Part shown: positions 1 through 13,731 of the stretch, in pieces
How positions within the stretch are numbered: position 1 is the first letter of the stretch
How the letters are laid out: every line of letters begins with the position of its first letter
From: Euprymna scolopes
Lineage: Eukaryota
NCBI GenBank assembly: GCA_053919585.1
Contig: CM132795.1
Direction: 5' to 3' (one strand)
DNA length: 64,000 bases
Made by a program: the position numbers and the translations under genes
Notes under the pieces: generated by a model
Seen by the model: only the letters and a program-made list of their open reading frames with translations
Told to the model about the DNA's origin: nothing
Databases searched by the model: none

Positions 1-19
1 GGTTAAGATTATCAATTCT

Positions 20-450
20 AAAAAGATGCTAAACTGCAGGCTAATCTCAACTTACCTGGTGACGGTGGTTTGTAAGCGTTACATCGAGAAGCTGGACGTT
101 TCTCAAAGAAAGCCTCACATAACTGATTATTGCTTGAATATTTGCAGCAATGTAAATAGGGCAGAATATCAGCCTCAAAATGGGTCAGGTAGGGTACAAT
201 GCCAGGTCCCTGAGCTCGGTAATTATACCGAAAAACATATCCAGTGTCCCTACTTGATTCCCACTCGATCAAACTGTTATTCTTCCCACCATAACAACAA
301 GACTGGCCAGCTGTCGATTTACTGAAAACAGAAAAAAAAAAAATCACTAAAGAAAACTGGAGAAAGTATAGAGTTCTTCAATTCTTGTAAAAGACATTTT
401 TGTTTTTCGAAATCCGAAGAATGTCATCAACTTAAGACAATAATGTCTGG
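20..450 (+). mobile_element. Possible highly decayed Ty3/gypsy integrase fragment
   Basis: Frameshifted KWVR/VQCQ followed by KHIQCPYLIP.RSNCY loosely resembles the CxxC...HIDIVGPLP.S.G..Y integrase region. Weak. Confidence 0.25.
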
Positions 451-509
451 TACTACCAGATCGGATTGTTGTAGACTCTTAAAAATTCAGTATGTTATTG
501 CTATACATC

Positions 510-1640
510 TTATGAGATGATTGACTAATTTTAATAATTTCAGATTCAAATGAATAGCTACGACAAGAATTGGAATGCACCCTACAACACCTTATTGTCA
601 CAGCTAATGAAATTAAAAAATGCAATCTGAACAAGAGGACACTTTAGAACGATATGCAATAAAATTATTTTTTGAACTTAGAAAAAAATGCCACAAAAAT
701 GTATTGAATACTTCAGACTGCTTTGGACCATCTTGCATGAATCGAGCATCCGTTAAGTGGCATAAGAGATTCCAGAGAAGGCAAGGAGTCTGTGAGGGAT
801 GATGAAAGGTGTGGGAGAAGTAAGGAAGTCAGAACACAATAGTTGATTGGCCAAATAAAGAATTTCATGGATAAGGACAGTCATGTGTCCATAGAAACAG
901 TTTGATATCTGTGTGGAACTGTACACACAATTATTCATGAGGAACTAAAGATTGGACCAAGTTTGTCCAAAGGGTGCTCAGAGAAGATCAGAAAGATGTT
1001 GTCATGACAACAGGGAGATAATCGAGCTGATCAATTCAGATCCTGCAATTCTTAATGCTCTGGTGACCCTGCGATGAAAGCTGGATCTACTGCTATGACC
1101 AAGAGACAGAGTTCCCAGTGGAAGCATACTGGATCTCCCAGACTCAAGAAGGTCACACAGAGCAAATTCACCCAGAAACTTATGATGACCCCTTTTTTGA
1201 CAGTACGGGCATGATCTATATGCACTGGGCCCCCACTGAACAGACCGTCAACAAGGAATGCTATGTTGAGGTTTTAAGGAAGTTCAAGAACAAATTCCAT
1301 TGGAAGAGGCCAGCACTCTTTAAATCGGGTCAGTAGCATTTCCACCAGGGCAATGTATCAGTCCACAACTCCATCCTTGTCACATTTAACCAAGATGGAC
1401 ATCAAGACAGTTCCTCACCCTCCCTATAGTTCAGACTTTGCTCCCTGTGACTTTTGATTATTCCCTAAGCTCAAGGAAAACCTTAGAGGTTGTCGTTATC
1501 AGACAATTAAGGAGATGAAAGAGGCTGTGATAAGGGTCATTGACATGCTCACACAAGAGGACTTCCATGGAGCCTTCCAAAAGCTGTTGGGAAGGTACGA
1601 TAAGTGCATTGCACCCGGAGGAGATTACTTAAAAGGAGAT
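510..1640 (+). mobile_element. Mariner (DD34D) transposase relic
   Basis: Fragments RYAIKLFF.L, FVQRVLREDQ (WVPxxL equivalent), VT.DESWIYCYD, FFDSTGMIYMHW...TVNKECY and HPPYSSDFAPCDF; many stops and frameshifts. Confidence 0.9.
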
Positions 1641-1758
1641 TTAGTGAACTGAAAATAATTATTGGAAAAAAACCTATTAATCAAAACTGTACAAAATAAA
1701 GCTGTAACAATGCTTCTTTTAGTTTCAGACGAGCAAAATGAACAAACACAAAACTTAC

Positions 1759-2022
1759 CTTTGCAAGTTGAGTAAGACACAATCCTTCGCTTTTTGGTGA
1801 CTAAAACAATTCATCGGATTATCTTTCGAATCCTGGTGACAAAGCGGATCATTTTCATACCGGCTTGTGTCTCGACTCGCTTGACGTAAAATACACGGAC
1901 AAATATTTGGATCCACATCAACTTCCAGGGGAGGCTCAGCCTTTAGCCATTTATTGCACCATTCCACGGATGTCCGTTCTTCTTTGTAAACCGGAAAAGC
2001 ATCAGACCAAATAGCGACCGGA
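1759..2022 (-). CDS. Coding exon of the SUSD2/Mesh-like gene, N-terminal part of the AMOP domain; gene continues beyond the window start
   Basis: Acceptor ttcttttcattgttttag and donor gtaagt. 264 bp, phase 2-2. Encodes PVAIWSDAFPVYKEERTSVEWCNKWLKAE...CPCILRQASRDTSRYENDPLC...CFSHQKAKDCV, the AMOP pattern WC..W...CPC...QA..D..R...DP.C...C..H..A..C. Confidence 0.9.
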
Positions 2023-2315
2023 CTAAAACAATGAAAAGAAACAAAAATCCAATAGATTGAATCAGAAGAATCATTTCGGCAATGGACATCTGCACATTGA
2101 ACAAACGGAAAGAGTTTTGTATATTATGATACAAGACAATTTAATTGCAACAATTTTGTTATTCTTTACCTCCCTCTCCCTCGAAAAAAAAAAATTTCGA
2201 ATGTAAAGTATAAAATATTGCTATCATTTTCTTTTTTTTTTTTTTTCAGTATTTTATTATTTTGCTTCAGCTGGGGATGGGGTATCCTATCAGGAAACAG
2301 ACATTCATCACTATC

Positions 2316-2980
2316 TCACACATTCCAACTGAGAGATCTTTTCAAAGTTTTTATTATCCCTATAAGTGCAATTGCTTGCATCTGTCTTGCACTTAGTTCA
2401 CCGGGTATATTTGCAAAGTAGTTGTTGAAATTCTTTTTGGTGAGTCTGGTAACTCCTATAATTACAGGAATAATAAAGATCTTCCTAAAATTCCAATTTC
2501 TTTTCATTTTGTTCATGACCTTGGCATTTCATTATCTATTACCTGTCAACTCCATTTATGCAAAAAACATGGAGGGGGGGGCACTAACTTCTAAGGTTGA
2601 TTCTTTCTCCATTGTCCCATGTCACTGTGTCAGGTGTAATAGCTCCATTTCCTAGGTATATAGCTGTAGGAATTGCACAGTCATAGTGGATGGTGTGACT
2701 TGTTAACTTTCCGGTATATGTTCGCAGAACTTACTACTAAATTCAATATTCAACTTTTACAGATGGTCCAGTAGAGATATTTACATAGTCCATTATGTTG
2801 CAATGTATAGTCGCCATCCTCAGCAGAAGCTTACAACCGGATATCAGCTGGCTCACACTCTCTACTTCTGAACCTGCACTTGTCATTGCCTCAAAAGTAT
2901 TGATCATCAAACCTTGATCTTGAGCAGCCATTATCATCCTATCCTTATAGTGGAGTGATCTTTTTAGCCAGTTTACAGAG
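2316..2980 (-). mobile_element. 3' fragment of an R4/Dong-like (restriction-like endonuclease) non-LTR retrotransposon
   Basis: IMAAQDQGL...ESVSQLISGC (decayed CCHC region) and C-terminal IIPVIIG...QAIALIGIIKTLKRSL are typical of this clade. Confidence 0.7.
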
Positions 2981-3581
2981 CCAAGTATTTGTGTGTGTGT
3001 AAGTGAATAAATGTGAAATTTCTTTTTATTATTGTATCAAAATAGGTTACCGTTGTTTAAATCAATGATAAATTGGAATACTGTATATATGGTAGACATA
3101 AAAAAAAAACCAAACACCACTATCTGTATGCTTCATTTGCATAAGAAATTTTTAAATATTTTATAATAAATGTTTGGGGTTATTAATTTCTAATTTTATT
3201 GCCTTTTCTATCTTTTTTCATCTCTCTATATATCTATCCATCTATCTACTGTTATATAAAAGGAATTTTGTGTGTATGTGTTCCTTCTCTATGAATTCCT
3301 AAATAGCTCAGCCAATTTTTATGAAATTTCACATAAATGTACTTCATGTGCCACCTTCTCAGACTTACATATAACAGAAATCTCATTCCATCAGAGATTT
3401 GTAGTCATGAAAAACACAAAACAGAACAATGTCAAAGAAAAAGAAAATAAAAAAACTTTAAATATCCTTACTTGAAAAAGGTTTCTTTGAAAACCGAAAA
3501 TTGTAATTAAATAAACAATGTTTATTTAATTTTTAAAAAAAAATGCATTTGTTCAGCTTCATTAACGCTTTCATATATAAA

Positions 3582-3649
<68 letters not shown>

Positions 3650-4534
3650 AGGAGCCCGACCTGATGATAATACACACACGTGTATATCCAACACATTTTG
3701 TTTTTTGCTTTTTTTTGTTTAAGGGAGGTGATGTTTGATCAACACTGCTGAGGAGCCATGATTTATTATACTGTTTTGTTTTAAATTCCTGAAACACTGT
3801 TTCATGGTAAACAACTAATGATCCCTGAAAATTAAGACACTTGAATTTGAGAAAGCAAGTTAATTCAGCAATTGGAGGAGATTAAATAGCTTACTAACAA
3901 AATAATTTTCCAACAAAGGACTGAAAAAAATCTTTTTTTTTCATGATTTTCAATGTTAAAAACTTCCAAAACTGTGTGTAAGAAGAGGTGTGTGTAAATG
4001 TTTATATGTACAGAATTCACTTTTAAACTAAGTAACTGATCATAATGAATTTTGAAACAGGTGCTAGACATAAATGTCTCAATGTGGGCTATATTTAGCT
4101 TAGTTTAATGCAAAAGCCATAACGACAAGCTGGAAGATTTTCATAAAAATGGCAGACATTTACAAAATTTAAACAATATGCATTAGTCATCCCCAAATTT
4201 CAGTTTTTTTATAAAATTTGCAAAAACAGCTTTTTTAGAAGTCATAAACTCCAATTTGAAAAATAAAATATTTCAGATTTACATTGAATTTGAAGTAATT
4301 AAACACTAGTTAAGCAAGAATGCTTAAATTTCAATTTCTTCTCAAGACCCCTTAAGCTTTAGCTTCAAATTTGTGATATTTTCTTGGATCAAAATCATGT
4401 AACAGATTTTGATTCTAGATTTTCACAGAAATAAATTGTATGTTTACTTAAGAAACCATCCAATAAAATTTAGTAACTCTGCTCTTTCAAATAAAATTTT
4501 TTTTTTTTAAATCAACACCACACTACAATGCAAC

Positions 4535-4880
4535 TTGCAATAAATCTAGACGTTTAGTCTATCAACATTTAGTGATAGATTCTTCCTTCACAATCCCAAA
4601 TACACACATTGAAATACAACTGCCAAAATTTACTTTTCATAGTGGCAATGTTATACATTACATCTTTTGTACCAAGTGTTCAAATAGTAGCTATATCGGT
4701 GAAACAGCACTGAATTTTAAACTCAGATTCCATAATCACAAAGCATCAGACAAAAATAAAATCCCTCCAAAATAATGAAATATTTTAATCAAACCAAGCA
4801 TACATTAGATAATATTCAATACAGGCGAATGGACACAAACTTTACATCCACAAATGAACATGAGGAAAAAAGAAACATAC
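4535..4880 (+). mobile_element. Penelope-like element GIY-YIG endonuclease relic
   Basis: CNKSR.LV.QHL...FTFHSGNVIHYIFCTKCSNSSYIGETALNFKLRFHNH matches the PLE pattern FTC.S.NVIY.I.C..C...YIGET....RF.EH. Confidence 0.8.
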
Positions 4881-4917
4881 AAATCTGGTTTCATACATAG
4901 GTATTGTTATGTGTAAA

Positions 4918-5030
4918 TATGGCTTAATCACATTGACACACCGGTTCTCATAGGATCACTGAAGTTAAGCAACACTGAGCCTGGTCAGTACCAGATGGGT
5001 AACCAATTTAGGAATTCCAGGTGCTGTATG
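4918..5030 (+). mobile_element. 5S rRNA-derived SINE (SINE3) head or 5S pseudogene
   Basis: ggcttaatcacattgacacaccggttctcataggatcactgaagttaagcaacactgagcctggtcagtaccagatgggtaacc...ggaattccaggtgctgta aligns end to end with 5S rRNA (A-box aagttaagc, C-box gatggg.gacc). Confidence 0.8.
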
Positions 5031-5601
5031 TAGGAGGACATCTCTTTGCAAGAGTTGTGAAAACCTAACATTGTTATCTTCCCCGACAGGGATATGCATG
5101 CGACTTGTAAATTTTATACTACAATGGAACTTCCTCTTTTGGAGGAAGCTGGTTAAACCTTCAAAGGATTAGTTCTATTTCCATTTTCATTGTTATGTCA
5201 GTTTGCCACAGGCTGCAAATATTTTACTCTGACAAAATTATGTGTGAATTGAGAAAATTATTAGGTGAAAATAAGAACTTGAGAGATGCATGTATATTGA
5301 AGACTTGTTGAAAAAACCAGAGGATGTTTTGTGATTCAAACGTACAATTTTATGTAGGACAAACACAATCAGTTGAAAATGCTCAGTTTTTTTTTGTAAA
5401 AGTTTCGCATTCAATTATTTTGCTTTATAAAAAGATACATTTGGAAATTTAAGATGAATTTGAAAGCATTTTTAGTAGCACCGGATATGAACAGTTAGTG
5501 TAAATCTATGTATGAAAATAAAATACACAATATATCATAAAATGAAATGCTATGGTAACAAGATGTATGAAAAGGTCAATTTAATTTGTTTTGCATTTCG
5601 T

Positions 5602-5664
<63 letters not shown>

Positions 5665-5787
5665 GAAGTAAAAATTAAGTTTATAAGCCAAAAGCTTCTG
5701 TAAACTTAAAGCGAATATTTATATTTATAAAGTAATCCCAACCAAATAAAAAACTCAATACACCCAAGATAGGAAATAGCGCTTGTC

Positions 5788-5973
5788 ATAGAACACAATT
5801 TAAGATTGTAAATTATACTTTACATGAATTTATTGTTTGACAAGATACTCAAATAAGAAATATAAAAAATTTCCTTAATCCGGGGAGTTTCAAAGAAATT
5901 TTAATATTTCTTATTTGAGTATCCTGTAGAACAATAAATTCATATAAAGTATAATTTACACTCTAAAATTGTG

Positions 5974-5979
<6 letters not shown>
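5788..5979. repeat. Imperfect ~85-bp inverted repeat between (TA)n tracts, Penelope-like end remnant
   Basis: atagaacacaattt... pairs with ...aaattgtgttctat. The loop cttaatccggggagtttcaaagaaat matches the hammerhead-bearing segment at 26776-26800. Confidence 0.7.
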
Positions 5980-6022
<43 letters not shown>

Positions 6023-6157
6023 ACTTAATTAACATAAAAATATATTTATAACTTACATCGCTCGGCTTGAATATTGAGTACGGTTAAAGTAAATATTGAA
6101 AATTGATACATAAAATATATCTCTTTATAATATTTTGTGCAGATACATTGAATACTA

Positions 6158-6189
<32 letters not shown>

Positions 6190-6190
<1 letters not shown>

Positions 6191-9110
6191 GGGATGTACT
6201 AATTATCAAATTGGTTGATTAATTGGTAATCGGCCTTTGATAATTGGCTGATTACTGATTAATCGATTGATTAGTGGGTTTTCTGATGCTGATTTTTCAG
6301 AAAATTTTGTTGTCATAAATGATACTAATATTAATTATATTGTAAACCAAGACAAGTTAACTCTTTGCTTGCTAGTGAAAATTTTAATCAAAGAGATATG
6401 CATTGTCTGCACCATATCATCAAATAACAGACATGACTTGCTATTAACATGTAAACTTTTACAACTGCACTAAATTTGAGGCAAATAAATGTAAGCATAT
6501 GGAAAATTTCTCTCCCTATAGAATTAACATTATTTTTTACTTTAATTCACTGTCAAAGAAAATTATTACTTCATCTTTCAGTTTTTATGTTGAGTATCTG
6601 TTCAGTAAATTGCGACGATGTGCGAACCGAAAATAAAGCATTCATCATCGGCCATACTCTTGCTCCTCAATTTTTAACTCTTGCTACCATTACATATATA
6701 TTTTTGTTTAGATAATGCATATTTCATTGAGATTAATTACTAATTAGATATCAGGCATAATTTAAATACATAAAAGATTAACTAAATATTGACAACAACC
6801 TCCAACCATTATGGCAACCAGTTATTGCTAGAAGCATTTTGATGACAGTCCAAGAATAAGCATGTAACTGCTTGCTAGTTATGTCAAACCATCACAGCAA
6901 AGGGTGACGAATCAGCAAAAACTGACTAATATGTTAAACCATCTTAGAAAGGTTCATTCACAAGAAGCAAATTTTGCAGAAAATAAAAAGGAAGCACAAT
7001 GAATATTCAGGGACAGACATTCCAGGAACAAGTAGCAGCAACTACAAGCCTCCAGCAAAACACCAAACTACTATAGAATCAATATTGGGCAGAGAGAAAG
7101 TTTGGGATATTAATGACTACAGGTCACAAGCGATCTATTATCTGATAAGAGAAATGATTGCTGTTGATATCTAACCATATTCTGTAACATCTAACATAAA
7201 ATGAATGAAAAAGGAAAAGAGATTGTCCTAGCCTGGATACCAAGTCATGTTGGTATAACAGGCAATGAAAAAGTTGATAAACAAGCCAAAGAAGCTATAA
7301 ACAGAAATATAACAAACATCAAAATTCCGTACAGAGTTCAGTAGAAAAATACAAGAATACAACAAAAGTGGCAAGCAAAATGGGATACATGTACTCAAAA
7401 TAAATTACATGAACACCAACCTACAATTAAAAAGGAAAACAAGACAGTAATGAAAGTGCATAAACAATACATTGTTCTGAACAGAATTAGAATTGGACAA
7501 ACAAAACTAATGCACTCACACTTAATTGAACCAACAGAAAAGCTAAAACGCACATTTTGTGACAAGTAAATGACAATAAAACATATACTAATGAAATGCC
7601 GGTAATACAGATATCAGAAATAAATATTACGTCGCAAATGAAATCAAAGAATTATTTCATAAGATGGCACTACACCAGATTATCAAGTATTTTTTTTTTT
7701 TTTTTTTTTTTTTTATTACATTTTCACACCAAACAAGGCACATTGCCACTTTGGTGTAGGGGGCTACTGTATTTAAAAAATACAACTCTTTGAATTACTC
7801 TAAACAATGCTTATAAAACCTTAAAAACAAATAAAAGTTTAAAAAATAACTATTAAAAATTTACGTAATCCAAAATTTAAAAAAAACAAAACTATCCCAA
7901 TTTGGCATTAAATGAAATAATGATTGATATGCAATAAAACACCAGTAAACCAACCAACATCTGACATTGGATTTAATAACTTTAAAAACTTTGTTCAAAT
8001 CACAGCATTCCATTAAAAAGTACTTCACTGCAAAATAATTTTTGATATATTTACAAAAGTAAAGCAAAAATTCAATTGTCTCTTGCTGAAATTAGCAGCA
8101 TTTCATGAACTACAGACATTTGGACAGCTACAACAGATAATGCTCCCTTTTTGAGTTTGACACGTTATTGGCTTTCAAATGACTTTGAACTGTGTAGAAC
8201 GTAGAACAGTGTAAGAGATGTGCATAGAGTTGTTCCATTCCCTAGTGTACAAACAGGTGCAATAATAAGTGAAGAATTGCACAATGTTCTGGATGAGTAT
8301 AAAATCTTCAATAAAGTTTTCTTAGTCTTGCAGGATTCAGGTGAAAATATGGTTGCTGGTATCAGGGAATGTGATTTAGAGTAACTATCATACATTGTAA
8401 CTCAGGCTATGAAGACAACCATTACATCTAACAGAAATACAGTTTCTCACTTTAATTGCTTTCTATTAGCAATTATCACATGAACTGAACTACAAGATCA
8501 GCTTAATTGGGAAAAATAAACTCATTCAAGATGTGATCGCTCGGTGGAATTCAACAAATTATATGCTGAAAATAAATTAATAAATAAAAGCTTTTGTAAT
8601 GTGTGCTGTTGATAAGATTTCTATCTTATCAACTTGCCAATGGAAACTTGTTCAAAAAAATATCCAGTTCCTGTGTCTATTTGAAGAAATCACCAAAGAA
8701 CTAAGTCACAGAACATCAACAATATTAGTGATACCTACAAATTTAGCTCTGAGGTTATTTATATCAAAAGCTGTCCAATCTAATTCTTTTATTTCTGACT
8801 TTAGTGGAATCCTTACCATTGTTGAACAATTCAGGTTATCAATGGAAACAAGATTTTCATCCTATCTAAATGATAAAAACTTATGTATGTCTTCCCTAAA
8901 CCCATGATTCAAATATTAATTCAAAAAGATTGGCATAGAAAAATTTTTAGAATTGGATTCTACATCTTCTTTCCACTGATGAAGCAGAATCAGCAGAATA
9001 CACTACCGAAGAAGCACAGACATGTGTAAATTACATGGAAACTTTGAAATAAACCGACAAAAAATTAACCAGTAAAAATGTTGTAAAAGATGTTTTCATC
9101 ACTCCTAATA
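6190..9110 (+). mobile_element. hAT (ZBED-like) DNA transposon relic, interrupted by a LINE fragment
   Basis: Starts tagggatg. Contains BED-finger remnant ...TNMLNHLRKVH, IAVDI*PYSV, then after the insertion TTDIWT, TGAIISEEL..VLDEY.I..KV..V.QDSGENMVAG, KLIQDVIARWNSTNYML and FEEITKELS. Right boundary approximate. Confidence 0.85.
7200..7690 (+). mobile_element. 3' fragment of an RNase H-bearing LINE (I/Nimb/Loa-like) nested in the hAT relic
   Basis: IVLAWIPSHVGITGNEKVDKQAKEA (RNase H), then IVLNRIRIGQTKLMHSHLI and TIKHILMKC (CCHC remnant). Confidence 0.85.
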
Positions 9111-9839
9111 TAAGACATATCGGACATTTCCAATATTCTCCTCCCCTCCCCATTCTGATGCAATTCCCGATTCTGAGACAATTACAAATCTCTAAATATT
9201 TAACTATAGAGTTATGAGTTTTTCCCAATTACTATAAAAATACATGTTAAATGTGCGAATATTTTCTCAAACATAAAAATATACTATAGATTTTAGTTTT
9301 ATTGGTATTTTAAAATTAATAAATATCTATTACTACAAACAGTGGAAGACTTTGCTTTAACTAAAATCAAATAAAAAAGACAATTAAAAAGAATCGGTTT
9401 TTGGCATCAGAAAATAGGCAAACATTTTCCCAATACTTTAAAAGTTCCAATTTTTCTGATTTTGATTAATCGTCCCAACTGGGACTTCTCCCATTATAAA
9501 AAAAATAGGGGGGATGTTACAATATTTGTCGTATAATGAGGTATGATCCCGCACAGTCGGGAGATTCTATTTATAAACGATGCTGCTAGGAACTGACGAA
9601 TCAAATTAATTCACGTTCTGCTACCAACCAATCAGAAACCAGAATTGCTCCATAAATATTGTAGCAATTTCACATGTTTTTTTTTTCATCTTGACACGGA
9701 AGAATCTTTTGCACTGTGGATTCCAACTCGAGAACTGTCTACTGCAAACCAGTCACCTCCCAGGACTTGTGTAGAACAACGAACCATCAGAAACTGTTCT
9801 GAAACTAAACATGGCTTACACTTCTAGAACACTTGGATA

Positions 9840-10030
9840 TGCTGACTTTGCTGGCTCGCTATTACTTTACAAAGTTTTTCTATTTGAAATACTTTGAAAC
9901 GTTAATCTAAAATAAAGATTTCATTCATAACTTTGTTGTAAATACAAAACATCCTTCTCATTAATTCTTATAAATAAACATAAATGTTTTGGTAATAGCA
10001 ATATAAACTGAGTTCACCTTTAACTGTGAC
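9840..10030 (+). repeat. Dispersed repeat, second copy at ~11805-11975; possibly part of a solo LTR starting tgttaca at ~9515
   Basis: tttgctggct.gctat.actt.caaagttttt.tatttgaaat...ataactttgttgtaaa.ac.aaacatccttctc is shared by both sites. Confidence 0.55.
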
Positions 10031-10368
10031 AATAAGAAAAAAAAAGTAAAAATCCATTTATTTTTTTCAACAATATACAATTTAAAAAGTAAATTGTATC
10101 TTGTTGAAAATTGAGTCAGTTTCTCTAAAGAAAGAAACATTTCAATACAAATGCCAAATATTTGTTCAGAAATTATTGGTTGTGTACAAAACAAAATAAT
10201 CATTGAATTAGAAAAAAAAAACCCAATAACATAATAGTTAATAAAATTCCCCTTTGCAAAATCAATATGCAAATTAGTTACCCTTGTGACTGACCTTGCA
10301 TATACATAAGGATGGTAGATCTTTTGTGTAAAGCTTGAAATGGGCTCAACTTTCACGTGTATTAATTT

Positions 10369-10411
<43 letters not shown>

Positions 10412-10489
10412 TATTATATATGCATAAAGTGTGTGGAAGCAAACCACAGTAGAGTGCTCAATTATCAAGAAAAATTCCAAAATAAGTGC

Positions 10490-10566
<77 letters not shown>

Positions 10567-10782
10567 AAGATTAAGACAATATTGGTACTGCTCGTTTCAA
10601 ATTCAACAAAGGGGAACTATATTTGGTCTCCGATATTACCTCTGTTTATGTCCGTCTCCTTGGAAATTGACACAGAACACAGGCTGCCATTTTCTAGGGA
10701 GACAAATACAAACAGAGGCTGACAAGAGTCTGACATAGGAAACCAAACCACAGCAATACAAGCATTATACACACACACACAT

Positions 10783-11072
10783 AGCTTCCTTCAGTCTTGA
10801 CAGATTATATATACCCATTGTAAGGGTGTTTGCACATGAAAGTTTTGTGGCAAGAGTTGCGCAATCTCCAACCACACCTCTCCTGGATCGGCATTGTTAA
10901 ATACCAATGGCAAGTGGAGATTCAAGACAACTGGAAATAATGTCGAGATAAGCAGAGAGAACATACAGCGCCTAGAATTCTCAAATGGTCACCCATCTGG
11001 TACTAGCTAGGCTCAACGTTGTTTAACTTTGGTGATTTGATGAGAACCAGTTTGTCAATGTGATTATGCCAC
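10783..11072 (-). mobile_element. 5S rRNA-derived SINE (SINE3) with head and body
   Basis: Reverse complement of 10960-11072 is 5S-like. The ~180-bp body is shared with 41348-41634. Flanked by microsatellites. Confidence 0.8.
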
Positions 11073-11074
11073 AC

Positions 11075-11137
<63 letters not shown>

Positions 11138-11995
11138 CATACAGTTTGTCAATGTGATTATGCCACACACACACATATATATATATACACACACACACAC
11201 ACCATATATTCCCCATAAGCTTCCTGGCATGGAAGGATCAAGGCTGGCTTTTTCCTGTTTTTGACTTGTATCTGATATCCCGTGTTATTCAGGGTCTTTT
11301 GACGATGGATCTAATTTTATTTTAACTGCTTAAGATTATTCATCTTAACCACATTGAATTGGAATATTACCAAACTTCATCATTGTAAACTAAAATTTAT
11401 TGAAATTCCAAATATATATATAATTTTTTTTAAAAAAGAACTTTCTTCATTTCTTGATCTCACCAAAAGACTTCATTATACTCTTGAATTACCCAATTTG
11501 GTTTGTTTTTCATTTTTAATTCATTTTTATAAACAAATATTTTTTTGCATTTTATGATCACCATCATGCCATTTCATAGAACGCTAAAATCAGAAAATTT
11601 TTAGCTTTGCTGTATGTATAAATTTGCTAACATATTTCTTTCCTTTGAAGAGAAGAATTTCGCATTCTTTGAAACTCCATGGAATAAGGATTTATTAATC
11701 CTCTTTGTTTGAGGTATTCTGTTGTAAAATAAATTTTACATGTAAATTTTCGTTTTAATTTTCATTTATGCTTCATATATATATATATATATATGCATAC
11801 ATATACTGGATTTGCTGGCTTGCTATCACTTCAAAGTTTTTTATTTGAAATATTTAAAACATTAATTTAAAATAATAAAAATTTCATTGATAACTTTGTT
11901 GTAAACACCAAACATCCTTCTCTTAAATTCATACAGATAACCATTAATATTTTGTTAATTTTGATACAAACTGTTTTGCTTCCATCTGATCTCAC

Positions 11996-12144
11996 CTCAT
12001 TGAGTTGTGTTGGATTTCTGATGTAATCCGTACAATGGCCGTACTGTAATTCAATAAATCTTCCTTGAGAGTCAAAGTTATATTTTCCACCCCAAATTCA
12101 TCCAGATTTTGTACAGAAGACCATTGGATCATATTTTCGGTTAT
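11996..12144 (-). CDS. Coding exon of the SUSD2/Mesh-like gene (linker before AMOP)
   Basis: Acceptor ttttattctgatgcag and donor gtgaga. 149 bp, phase 0-2. Encodes ITENMIQWSSVQNLDEFGVENITLTLKEDLLNYSTAIVRITSEIQHNSM(S). Phases fit both neighbouring exons. Confidence 0.82.
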
Positions 12145-12689
12145 CTGCATCAGAATAAAAATAAAAAAAGAAGGGTAAGGAAACAAAGATAAAAATCTGT
12201 TTGGCTCATCTATTTCATTTTATATATTTTTTTTCAAATTGAACACAATGCATAATTACAAAAGATTCATTGTATATGATTAATTGAACGCAAGTTGCTA
12301 TTTTACTCATAGCTGGAGGGAACAATTGTGGGTTTATACCTTTTCCAATACTATTAGTGCATAAATGAAAATAGGTTCTGCTGATTTCATAATTCGGGAT
12401 GGAAGAGTATGACAAGTACACCTACGAACAAAAAACATAACAAGAAGCCAAATTTTTTCCATCATTTTACTAATGGAATTATTAGACAAACTTTTAGTAT
12501 GATGTTGTCTCTGCATTTCCATTTTTGTTAAAATTTGATTTACAGATTATCAGCATCCTATACTCATTGTTGATAAATCACCATGGTTTTCCTAGTGATC
12601 ATGCTTTCTCAAATGTATAAATATTGGCTTGATGATTTCAGAAGAAATTCAGAAGGCATTTGGGGGTGGGGAATATGCACATATACCCT

Positions 12690-12905
12690 AGTAGGTGAAA
12701 CCGTAACTATTTTCATTCAAACAGATTCTTTCCTTGGATTGCTTATCTTTGGAATTCCCTCCTTGCTCTCTGTTTAGCTGACTGTACCAACATGCAACAA
12801 TTTAAATGTAATGTGAATAAACATCCTACTGCACAACTCCCTACTAAGAATGCCCACTATAAATCTGGCCTCTAATCACAATAGTCCCTTGTTGGAGATG
12901 AAAGT
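12690..12905 (+). mobile_element. CR1-like LINE 3' end fragment
   Basis: ctttggaattccctcc...tgtttagctgactgtaccaacatgcaacaatttaaatgtaatgtgaataaacat matches 18400-18480. Confidence 0.7.
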
Positions 12906-13731
12906 TTAAATAATAAAAAATATGTTTTTTCTTGCTTGAAATTAAAATAAATTGTTTGTGACACTTGTTACATTTGTAACAACTGTAGAGATGCAGTTTT
13001 TTTTTTTTTTTGTAATCTATAAAGTATAATGGCAATCATTCATATCAACATTTTCTGTTTTGAACGTCATAGGAAATTTGGTGACTCACTAAATTATGTC
13101 CCTTTAATCAATCTGAAATATGCGTTATTAATATGTACTTTACTTAACCTAGTTATTTGCTTTTTTCGTATTTTATGGAATTTATTACATGTGAAATATT
13201 CAGGTTACTTTCAATATTTATTACTTTTGTGTAAAAGTTATTCTATAAATAAGCATATTTAAAAAAAAATATGCAAATATTTATCCCCCCCCTCCAAAAA
13301 AAAAAGTTTATGATTGAACAGCCACTTCCAGGAATTACTTGGCATCGGCAATTTAAACATATTTTTGGCAATATCATCTACTGGGTTAGTATTTATTATG
13401 TTGTTATGTTTTATTTATTATATATGAAAAAAATTTGTATTTTTTAAAAACTATTTTAAGTTAACATTCATTCATTTTATTTTTCCATAATTTATTTAAT
13501 TTATTATTTGAAAAAAAAAAAATAATAGTTTACAAATTTATTTATTTATTTAAAAACATGGTTTACTTTTGCTTTACATTTTCGAAATTGTTCAAAAAAA
13601 AAAAAAAAAAATTTTCGTTTTGTATCAAAAAATTGACTAACGTTGACTTCCCAAGACATTCAAAACAGGAAATGGCTCAGAGAAGTTATGCACAAAAATC
13701 AGCATAATGAATTATATATAAAATTACTTAC

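Noticed and set aside
2023-2089. Longer AMOP exon using the tgtgcag acceptor at 2090
   Set aside because: Introduces a TGA stop in the required phase. The acceptor at 2023-2024 keeps the frame.
4918-5030. Functional 5S rRNA gene
   Set aside because: Many substitutions, no oligo-T terminator, and dispersed diverged copies attached to SINE bodies.
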